Position numbers and translations under genes: made by a program. Under the pieces are notes generated by a model that had not been told where the DNA came from, did no database searches, and saw only the letters and a program-made list of their open reading frames with translations. From Candidatus Bathyarchaeia archaeon (GTDB lineage: Archaea; Thermoproteota; Bathyarchaeia; Bathyarchaeales; Bathycorpusculaceae): 64,000 bases of DNA. Shown here piece by piece: positions 9,572-17,980 of the stretch. The stretch is from contig JBBFKZ010000001.1 of assembly GCA_037481775.1 (NCBI GenBank), positions 128,001 through 192,000 of the forward strand, written 5' to 3'. Numbering within the stretch: the stretch's first letter is position 1; each line of letters starts with the position of its first letter.

Positions 9572-9681
9572 CTACTTCAAGTTTTGTGAAACATACCCTT
9601 TCAGCCAGCACGTACTGCTTATACCCCAAGTATGGCTGATTAGAAAAATAGAAGGTCTTAGCAGGCGTGGTGCTTGAAGTT

Positions 9682-10023
<342 letters not shown>

Positions 10024-10121
10024 CTAGACGAGCAATATTAGGCTTTCTACCACAGCTGTACGCAGGTTACTTTTTCGCAAAAACATAATTTCGTCGAGAA
10101 TTATAGTCTATACAGATTAAA

Positions 10122-10904
10122 ATGCGCAAGTATTATTTGCCGCGTGGTATGCGCTACGCCACACTTGAAGAGCGGAAACATTTTTACACGCAAGAGTTTA
10201 GTCTCGAAAAACTGCAAGGATGGCTTGCAATGCTTAAGGGCAGGGTCAAATTTGCCGCTATTATTGGCAGACACACTAAGATATACCCTGAAAAATACAG
10301 GGATGACGCTGACACAACTATCCTTATAGACGAGTACAAAAGTCTAAGCGAATTGCGTGATTACTTAATTGAGTTTTTACCCGAAGCAGCATATTATGAT
10401 CGAAACGTTTACGATGAAAACGACCGCAAAACAGGGCAGGAACTTGCGTTTGACCTTGACCCAGAAAACATTACCTGCCCCATACACGGAACTCTCACTG
10501 ATAAGATGAAGCGGCATCAAGGCTTAAGCTTCTGCAAGATAGAACTAAACATGGTGAAGGCGCAAGCAGCTAACCTCTACGAGTATCTTGAAAAGCAGTT
10601 TTCGAATATGAAAATTGTTTATTCTGGTAGAGGGTTTCACATTCACGTTTTTGATTCCGAGGCTTACGCCTTTAGCCGAAAAGAACGGCGCCAAATTGCC
10701 CGTATAGTAAAAGAAAAAGGCTTTCAAATTGACGAGTGGGTAACTGCTGGAGGTATGCGGTTGATTCGGCTTCCTTACAGCTTGCACGGCTTGGTGTCAC
10801 GTATTGTGCTTCCAGTGGAGAAAAGCGAACTTGATCGCTTTGATCCCGTACATGACGAAAGGTGCATGCCCAAGTTTCTAAGCCAATCTACGCTTATTTC
10901 TTGA
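10122..10904 (+). CDS. Second archaeo-eukaryotic primase (PriS-like) protein
   Basis: AEP motifs ELAFDLD, YSGRGFHIH, IDEWVT..RLIRLPYSLHG. Confidence 0.8.
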   Translation: MRKYYLPRGMRYATLEERKHFYTQEFSLEKLQGWLAMLKGRVKFAAIIGRHTKIYPEKYRDDADTTILIDEYKSLSELRDYLIEFLPEAAYYDRNVYDENDRKTGQELAFDLDPENITCPIHGTLTDKMKRHQGLSFCKIELNMVKAQAANLYEYLEKQFSNMKIVYSGRGFHIHVFDSEAYAFSRKERRQIARIVKEKGFQIDEWVTAGGMRLIRLPYSLHGLVSRIVLPVEKSELDRFDPVHDERCMPKFLSQSTLIS

Positions 10905-11060
10905 CTTCTTTGGCTTTCTTCTCTTTTTTTCCATAATAGTAATACTTTTTCTTTTTCTCGGCTTCTGCTTTTTTTGCCTTTGACATCAAAACTCCTCAAA
11001 TCCTTATATCTCACAGTATTAATAAAAAGATTATCCAAGAAATTTAAATCGAAAGATTTA
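10682..11060 (+). repeat. 379-bp diverged direct repeat, copy A
   Basis: Colinear with 14175-14553; covers the 3' end of the PriS-like gene, the micropeptide gene and its upstream region. Confidence 0.92.
10894..10986 (-). CDS. 30-aa Lys-rich micropeptide MSKAKKAEAEKKKKYYYYGKKEKKAKEVKK (copy A)
   Basis: GAGGAG SD upstream; 13 synonymous and 1 non-synonymous codon differences versus copy B. Confidence 0.8.
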   Translation of the reverse strand: MSKAKKAEAEKKKKYYYYGKKEKKAKEVKK

Positions 11061-11214
11061 ACATGATTGCCCTTTCTTTCATAAATAATAGAGAACTCGA
11101 AAAATTCGATGTTCGTGTTTATGGGCTTATTTTATGGACTGCACATTTTGTTTGAGTTGGCTTCTGGCAGTAAGCAGGTAAAGAAAAAAGGAGGTTCTGT
11201 ATTTCTAGCAGACT

Positions 11215-13866
11215 TTAGCGTTTTCTGAGCATTAGCACCATTAGGACGCCAATTGCAATTATAGCTATAAAGAGAGCTATTACAGCAGGGATGAAATACT
11301 GATCAGCTATTGATGCTGGCTGAGGTGTGGGCGGAGGTGAAGGTGGAGGCGCATCGCTTGCGTAGAAGTATGTTGTGGCTGAAGAGCCATAGTAGGAGTT
11401 TGATCCCTTGAAAGAGGCGGTAAGCATGAATTTACCCGGTATTTGTGGGGTCCAGACAAAGCTGAAGGTGCCGTCAGCATTGGTCGTGGTAGTGCCAATG
11501 TCGTAGAAGTTGTTGTTGCTGTCAAGAACGCTTAGAGTGACTTCTACACCCTTAACGTTTTCTGGGTACACTTGCTGCTGATAAACATATTCCATAAATT
11601 TGCTTTGGCATTCTTCAGACACTGCTGGTACGCCGTTTGGGAACTTTAAAGCAACTAATCTTTGTTGCGTGCCAGGAGAGATGTCAGTAACACTGCCTGT
11701 TATTGTTATTGGCGTAGCAGTTGTAACACCTATGTTCGGCGCAGAGACAGTGGTTTTGGTCGGACCTTTGCCGAAACAGTATAACATGTTATCATATGCG
11801 TTTAGCGAAAATAGTTTCCCGTAGGCAACTGCCGCGGATCTAATGTATGTACCTAGTTCACTCCAGATTAGTTCGCCATTAGACGCATTCAGCGCTAGCA
11901 TTTGTGCGCCATGGAACAAGGGCGGATTGTATTCGTGGCCAATTGCGAAGTATGCTACATCACTTGTTTGGGCATCACAGTTGAAAACCCACAGTGGCCA
12001 AATACCGTACGGAGTTTCAAGTCCAGGATCCCCTATCAGCGTAGTTGTGTTAGTATACCATCTTAGGTTCCCCGTTTGCGTTTCAAAAGCCCAGATGTCT
12101 CCGCCTAAACCGTACCAATACATTACACCGTTTGCAACCCATGACTTAAGACTAAACAGATCGTAGGGATTGGGTGTTCCATCTCCGTATGGAGTTTTCA
12201 GCGTTTGTTCCCATAGTTTGTTTCCTGTTCGTACGTTGTAAGCGACCACTTTATAGTTGACGTCGTTTGCGATGGCAAGCACTCCTTCTCCGAATGAGCT
12301 TGTTGTTCTAGTGAAGGGCAGTAGCGCAGAGCATTCAGGGTAAGTCAAGTTTTGTAACCATAGCACATTGCCGGTATTCACGTCCATGCTTGCCACTACA
12401 AGCCAGCCGGGCACTTCTCCGCCAACTCCTTGTCCGTGAACGTAACCACCGCTCATAACGACGGCGTCGCCAGTTATAGCATTTATGGCTAATGATGGGC
12501 TGATAGGTTTACCAGAAATTTCTGTTGGTACAGGTTTTGCCCACATTACGCCGAGACGGAAGTCGATAACCGTATTTACTGATGGCCCCCAACCCCAAGA
12601 GTTGCCAAGTGCTTGAGACATGTTGAAAGCGCATAGAACTGGCGTGGTGATGTTTACTGTGCCTTTTATTGGTGGGCTACCGAAAGTTGGGGCAGGACCA
12701 AATGTTGGCATAGTACCACGTGTCGAGTTGATGTAGTAACCTATCAAGTGACCATGAGCATCTGTCCTAAGTGTCATTGAAGTGCCGTTAACAACGCTGA
12801 GAACGTATTTTCCAGTGAAGGCTGAATACATGTTGTACTGTGTTCCAACGTTGGAAATCGGTATGCCACCAGTTTCCGATGCAGAGAGAGAACCAACAGT
12901 CCAAATGTAAGGACCAACAACACCGTACATGTTAACAGTTTTCCATTCGGCAGTCATACCACATCGCAGCACAGAAGTGGTGTTTATTACAAACAGTGTT
13001 TCGCCCGTGTATATGTCCACTGCGACGATGCCATTTGAGTAGCCGGTGGTTTCAGGGTACCATGTTGAGTATAGTATACCGTTTATAATTACTGGCGCGT
13101 ATTGCGGCCAATACTGTCTTGTCGACCAGTAATGGCCTGATTCTTGGTTTCCTTCTATAGGGCCGCCAACCACGCCGCCTGGGCACCAAGGTTTGGTCCA
13201 TAGCACGTGACCAGAATATACTGATTCTGTGTATGGGTTATATACGCTGTTAACCGCGTAAAGCCCTGTTTGCGCGAAGGTAACTCCGGCAAGACCAAGC
13301 CACGGTCCAGTTATCTTGTACCAGTTTTCCACATTCTGCGCTGAAACGGGGGTTTCCCAATATTCCGTCGGAAGCGGAGTTTTTGGATATGCATACTCGT
13401 AAACTGGTTCCTCTTTCACCGTTAGCTCTACCCAGTCAGTTTCGCTTGGTTGATTTACTAACCCGCCAAATGGATTAGCAGAGCTGCGAGGACTTAGCGT
13501 TTGCCCTAAATAGACGAATCGGAATTTGTATATGCCTGCTTTGGTTGGAGTAAACGTGGTAAATGTACCGCCAGTCGTGTCGCCCGTGAAATTCCCCATA
13601 TACACGATGGTTCCATCAGGTTCCATGCGGTAAAGCGTCATGTTCGTGGGGCGTTCATTTGTTTCCATTGGTGTGGCAAGGAAAAAGTTAATAGTCGCTG
13701 TCTGACCGACGCCTATGGGGTTTGGTGCAACATTAATAAATGCGTATGTTGGTATTGGCGTTCCTACTGGAGGGTAGACTTGACTTAAAGCTATTGGCAA
13801 TGTCAATGTGAGTGTCAATAGAATTGCAAGAATTATGTGAAAAAATTTGGCTTTGGCAATTTGCAT
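11215..13866 (-). CDS. Secreted, C-terminally anchored PQQ-like beta-propeller protein
   Basis: Signal peptide, Ig-like N domain, repeated A.D..TG..LW blades, Pro-rich linker, TM+KR tail; probable start MQIAK. Confidence 0.85.
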   Translation of the reverse strand: MQIAKAKFFHIILAILLTLTLTLPIALSQVYPPVGTPIPTYAFINVAPNPIGVGQTATINFFLATPMETNERPTNMTLYRMEPDGTIVYMGNFTGDTTGGTFTTFTPTKAGIYKFRFVYLGQTLSPRSSANPFGGLVNQPSETDWVELTVKEEPVYEYAYPKTPLPTEYWETPVSAQNVENWYKITGPWLGLAGVTFAQTGLYAVNSVYNPYTESVYSGHVLWTKPWCPGGVVGGPIEGNQESGHYWSTRQYWPQYAPVIINGILYSTWYPETTGYSNGIVAVDIYTGETLFVINTTSVLRCGMTAEWKTVNMYGVVGPYIWTVGSLSASETGGIPISNVGTQYNMYSAFTGKYVLSVVNGTSMTLRTDAHGHLIGYYINSTRGTMPTFGPAPTFGSPPIKGTVNITTPVLCAFNMSQALGNSWGWGPSVNTVIDFRLGVMWAKPVPTEISGKPISPSLAINAITGDAVVMSGGYVHGQGVGGEVPGWLVVASMDVNTGNVLWLQNLTYPECSALLPFTRTTSSFGEGVLAIANDVNYKVVAYNVRTGNKLWEQTLKTPYGDGTPNPYDLFSLKSWVANGVMYWYGLGGDIWAFETQTGNLRWYTNTTTLIGDPGLETPYGIWPLWVFNCDAQTSDVAYFAIGHEYNPPLFHGAQMLALNASNGELIWSELGTYIRSAAVAYGKLFSLNAYDNMLYCFGKGPTKTTVSAPNIGVTTATPITITGSVTDISPGTQQRLVALKFPNGVPAVSEECQSKFMEYVYQQQVYPENVKGVEVTLSVLDSNNNFYDIGTTTTNADGTFSFVWTPQIPGKFMLTASFKGSNSYYGSSATTYFYASDAPPPSPPPTPQPASIADQYFIPAVIALFIAIIAIGVLMVLMLRKR

Positions 13867-14080
13867 TTTCCTCTTTTCTCCTTTTTTAAGGCACATTACA
13901 TGCCAATTCCAATGTCCTTTGACTACGTATATAAATTTTAAGATTAAATCCTGATCGCAGAGCACAGCCTTCTTTATGAACTAGTCAGCACCATTGTTAC
14001 TAAAACAGGCGCTAAGCGCCTAATATGCGGACGGCGTACATTCATCTGGTCAAAAGCTGTTAAAAGCGCCTTCAACAATT

Positions 14081-14121
14081 TGCCGTCAGTATAAATCACT
14101 GCAATCTACGAGGGGGCTTAT
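14081..14121 (+). repeat. Possible degenerate relative of the dispersed element
   Basis: TGCCGTCA...TCACTGCA..CTACGAGGGGGCTTAT resembles both ends of copy 1; AATCTACGAGGGG is also found inverted at 2188-2200. Confidence 0.45.
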
Positions 14122-14174
14122 TTTCGATTCAAGCTAAGAGATTTGTTAGCTAAACAGCTATATCATATTAACAC

Positions 14175-14397
14175 AGAACGTCGCAAAATTGCGCGCGAAG
14201 TAAAAGAAAAAGGCTTCCAGATTGACGAGTGGGTAACAGCAGGCGAAATACGGTTGATTCGGCTTCCCTACAGCTTGCACGGCTTGGTGTCGCGTATCGT
14301 GCTTCCAGTGGAGAAAAGCGAGCTTGAACGCTTCGACCCTGTTCAAGACGAAAAATGCATACCGAAGTTTCTACGCGAGGTCACGTTTACTTCTTGA
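14175..14397 (+). pseudogene. 5'-truncated fragment of the PriS-like gene
   Basis: ERRKIAREVKEKGFQIDEWVTAGEIRLIRLPYSLHG... matches only the C-terminal ~70 aa of 10122-10904. Confidence 0.88.
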
Positions 14398-14479
14398 CTT
14401 CTTTGGCTTTTTTCTCCTTCTTTCCATAATAGTAGTATTTTTTCTTCTTTTCAGCCTCTGCCTTCTTTTGCTTGGACAT
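14387..14479 (-). CDS. 30-aa Lys-rich micropeptide MSKQKKAEAEKKKKYYYYGKKEKKAKEVKK (copy B)
   Basis: GGGAG SD upstream; ATG and TAA conserved with copy A; 29/30 aa identical. Confidence 0.8.
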   Translation of the reverse strand: MSKQKKAEAEKKKKYYYYGKKEKKAKEVKK

Positions 14480-14599
14480 TAAAATCTCCCTTAATGCTTA
14501 TTTGCTTTGTTCAAATAAAGATTTTACTCAAGAAGCAGAAATTGAAAGGTTTATTTGCCATCTCACTATTACTTGAGAGTAAATGGAAGGGGCTTCTTT

Positions 14600-15973
14600 A
14601 TGGAAAAATTTGATGTTCTTGTTATAGGCTCAGGCTCTGGAATGATTATAGCTTCCGCCGCTGTTAACCAAGGCTTCAAAACCGCAGTGGTAGAACGCGG
14701 CCCAATGGGAGGAACCTGCTTAAACAGAGGGTGCGTCCCGTCAAAAATGCTTATTTACCCCGCGGACATCGCCGCCAGCATCCAAGAAGCAGCAAAGCTG
14801 GGTGTAAAAGCCTCAGTCACATCCATTGACTTCAAGGGAATAATGGAGCGGATGCGCCGCCTCATCACGGGAGACGCGACTGCCCAAGCACGGGCAGTGG
14901 AAAACACGCCTAACCTAAAATGGTTTAGAGACACGGGCGAATTCATTTCCGATTACACAATGAAAGTGGGCGAGCACATTATAACCGCAGAGAAAATTTT
15001 CATTGTTTCAGGTGCGCGACCAGGAATTCCTCCGATTAAGGGAATCAACAGCGTGGATTACCTGACAAGCGACACCGTTCTGATGCTGAAGGAAAAGCCA
15101 AGCAGCATCATAATAATCGGCGGCGGCTATATAGGCGCTGAATACAGCCACTTCTTCGCAAGCATGGGCACAAAAACCACAGTAATCGAGTTTACGCCCA
15201 AAATTCTACCTGGAGAAGAGCCTGAAATTTCTGACTTACTGAAGAAAGAGATGGAAAAAAGAATGGAGGTCTATACAAATTCTGAGGTTGTCGAAGTCAG
15301 GCAACAAAGCGGCGTTAAAACTGTAGTCACCAAAAACCGCGAAACTGGCAGCATAAGCGAATTCTCTGCAGAAGCTTTACTGGTTTCAACAGGCCGAGTC
15401 CCGAACTCGGATGTTCTGAAGCCTGAAAGGACAGGGGTAAAACTGGATGAACGTGGCTACATAAAAGTGAATGAGTATCTGGAAACTGGAAAGAAGAATA
15501 TTTGGGCTTTAGGCGACGCCATCGGTAAACAAATGTTCAAGCATGTTGCCAATTACGAGGCAGAAATCGCTTGGCATAACGCTGTTCACGATCATAAGGT
15601 TCCGATGGACTATTCAGCAGTGCCTCATGCAGTTTTCACTCATCCGCAAATAGCCTCTGTAGGATTGAAAGAGGCGGAAGCTAAGCAGCAGGGATATAAA
15701 ATAATGGTCGGGAAAGCATTTTATCACGAAACAGCCATGGGGGCTGCCATGGGTGACCCGGAAGGCTTCGTAAAAGTCATCGTCGAACAAAAAACAGGTA
15801 AAATCTTAGGTGGACACATAATAGGCCCAGAAGCCTCAATACTCATTCAGGAGATTGTTAACGCTATGGTTACCGAAGACAGAAGTTTCGCTCCGATAAT
15901 AAGAGCAATGCATATTCACCCAGCGTTGTCAGAAGTTGTTCAGCGAGCATTCGGAAAACTTAGACCATCTTAG
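14600..15973 (+). CDS. Class I pyridine nucleotide-disulfide oxidoreductase (dihydrolipoamide dehydrogenase-like)
   Basis: GSGSG, GGTCLNRGCVPSK, GGGYIG, HIHPALSE. Confidence 0.88.
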   Translation: MEKFDVLVIGSGSGMIIASAAVNQGFKTAVVERGPMGGTCLNRGCVPSKMLIYPADIAASIQEAAKLGVKASVTSIDFKGIMERMRRLITGDATAQARAVENTPNLKWFRDTGEFISDYTMKVGEHIITAEKIFIVSGARPGIPPIKGINSVDYLTSDTVLMLKEKPSSIIIIGGGYIGAEYSHFFASMGTKTTVIEFTPKILPGEEPEISDLLKKEMEKRMEVYTNSEVVEVRQQSGVKTVVTKNRETGSISEFSAEALLVSTGRVPNSDVLKPERTGVKLDERGYIKVNEYLETGKKNIWALGDAIGKQMFKHVANYEAEIAWHNAVHDHKVPMDYSAVPHAVFTHPQIASVGLKEAEAKQQGYKIMVGKAFYHETAMGAAMGDPEGFVKVIVEQKTGKILGGHIIGPEASILIQEIVNAMVTEDRSFAPIIRAMHIHPALSEVVQRAFGKLRPS

Positions 15974-16090
15974 TTTTGGCAGAAACGCCTCGCAAGACGT
16001 CAGAGCGCGTTTCCCCAAAATCATGCTGGGCACATAAAATTTCATAAAAGTTATATTAGCGGATACGAAAGGAATAGCGAGTGAAAAGCA

Positions 16091-16375
16091 ATGCCTTTTT
16101 CTAAAGTTTCAGGCGTTAATAATGCGCATAAAGTTATGGTATATGCCCTAAGCACGTGTGTATGGTGTAAAAAGATCAAGCAGTTCCTGAGAGACAACAA
16201 TGTGGAATTCGAGTATATTGACGTAGATTTATGCGAAGAGGGCGAGAAGGCAAGAATTCGCGAGGAACTGCAAAGCAAAAGCGGCAGCTTGAGTTATCCA
16301 ACAGTAATTGTGGATGATAAGATAGTGATTGTTGGTTTTAAGGAAGATAAACTGAAAGAGGCTCTGGGAATATGA
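16091..16375 (+). CDS. Glutaredoxin-like protein
   Basis: LSTCVWCKK, SYPTVIV. Confidence 0.88.
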   Translation: MPFSKVSGVNNAHKVMVYALSTCVWCKKIKQFLRDNNVEFEYIDVDLCEEGEKARIREELQSKSGSLSYPTVIVDDKIVIVGFKEDKLKEALGI

Positions 16376-16935
16376 CTGAAATCACAATTGAAGCAGTGCG
16401 GAAAAGGGCGGAAGCAGACGCCAAAACATATGGATACTACTTGAACCCTGACGCCGAGCTTCTGCAAGGGCTCCTTGAAGGGCTGAAAGTTAATGAGGAA
16501 CGCTATGGTTATCCCTCTTGCCCCTGCAGGCTAGCCTCAGGCAAGTTTGAGTATGACCGGGATATAATTTGTCCATGCGACTACAGAGATCCAGACGTCA
16601 GCGAATTCGGCGCATGCTACTGCAGGCTTTACGTTAACAAAGAAGTTTTTGAAGGCAAAAAAGAGCTGCCAACGGTTCCAGAGCGGAGACCACTGGAAAA
16701 GCAGAGTAGAGCTTACATGGCTACATCGGTAGCTAAAGCAGAAACAGCGAGAGAACCAGCGGGCGTCACAGTCAAGGAACCGGAAAAAGTTGTGGAAGTC
16801 AAGCCGAAGTTATGGTATTGCAAACAGTGCGGTTACGTCGTTTTCAGGGATGAACCACCGTACATTTGCCCCATCTGTAAAGCAAAGAGAGAACTGTTCT
16901 CAGAGATAAAAGCACAAATCGACTTTACGGGGTAA
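16372..16935 (+). CDS. Ferredoxin:thioredoxin reductase catalytic domain fused to a rubredoxin-like domain (FDR-like)
   Basis: CPCR, ICPCDY, CYCRLY; C-terminal CKQCGY...CPICKA. Confidence 0.9.
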   Translation: MTEITIEAVRKRAEADAKTYGYYLNPDAELLQGLLEGLKVNEERYGYPSCPCRLASGKFEYDRDIICPCDYRDPDVSEFGACYCRLYVNKEVFEGKKELPTVPERRPLEKQSRAYMATSVAKAETAREPAGVTVKEPEKVVEVKPKLWYCKQCGYVVFRDEPPYICPICKAKRELFSEIKAQIDFTG

Positions 16936-17003
16936 CCTATATTTCCCATTTATTGTGAACTCATCTAGTTAGCTGGTCGATTAATAGTTTAGTTTCAATT
17001 ACG

Positions 17004-17830
17004 CTATTCGCAAGCTTGCGGGGTAACACTAAGGGTGTCTTCCATTGCTGTAAGCCATGAGGTTTCGAAATAACTCTGAACTATCTCAACGAGTGAGGGA
17101 TTATTTGACATTAAAATTGGAGTTTCATTTGGAGCCGCCGTTGCAGAGATAGAAATACAAACTTCCTTCTTGTCATAAATCGCTAATGCAACCCTATGAG
17201 AAGTATTTATGTACCTGAGATTGAAAAGGGGATTTTTCTGCACAGATTTTGTTACGTGGATTAATGAATTTTCATTGTCAGATTTATTTATGATTAATCG
17301 GAACTTTACCCCTCTTTCCAAAGCCTTCTCGCATTCGTCATCGACATTGTGAATAAATTGCCTAAATTCATTCAATGTTGTAATAGCATCTAAACTTGTT
17401 CGAGTATTCTCAATTTTTCTTTTCACTCTTTTGATAACTTCTCTTTCAGGAATCAGGATGAATTGAGAATCCTCTTCCTGAATTTGCGATTTTATGTTTG
17501 AATTTTCCTTCTTGAACTTTCGGAGTAGAATAGTTGCTTTTTTCTGGTTTTCAGAAACCTCGTTTTTTTTTTGCTTGCAACCAAAATAGATAAACAATCT
17601 TCTATTGAAACTGGTTTAAACTCTGTTGGTCTAGATATTATTTTTTCAACCAAACTTTTTTCTTGTAGCTCGGCAAGCACCCGGTAGACTTCTTGTCTAG
17701 CCATTTTTGAATGCTTCGCTATTACTTTTCCAGATGCCTGTTTTAATCCGATAAGGCCAAGGTAGACCTTTACTTGCGAAATAGTAAGCCCCAGTCGAGT
17801 TAGAATTTGAACAAGTTCTTCCTCAACCAT
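17004..17830 (-). pseudogene. TrmB-family regulator split by a frameshift in an A10 run
   Basis: ORF 17492-17830 carries the TrmB wHTH; ORF 17004-17597 carries the PLD-like effector domain (AIYDKKEV); they join at T10 17563-17572. Confidence 0.8.
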
Positions 17831-17980
17831 TAACCTCTTAGTCTCCGCGGTTCCCTATTTATTGAAATCACATGCGGGCAACAAGCGTTTTGTCGCCACA
17901 AAGTTTTATGACAAATTAATAAATATTCTACAGTTTATAAGTTTTCTTGCTTCTATAAAATGAAAGGAGAAGAAAAATAC

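Larger units (their letters stand above)
14175..14553 (+). repeat. 379-bp diverged direct repeat, copy B
   Basis: Colinear with 10682-11060. Confidence 0.92.

Noticed and set aside
10775-11038. 87-aa minus-strand ORF
   Set aside because: Off-frame shadow of the 30-aa peptide; the synonymous-change pattern supports only the peptide frame.
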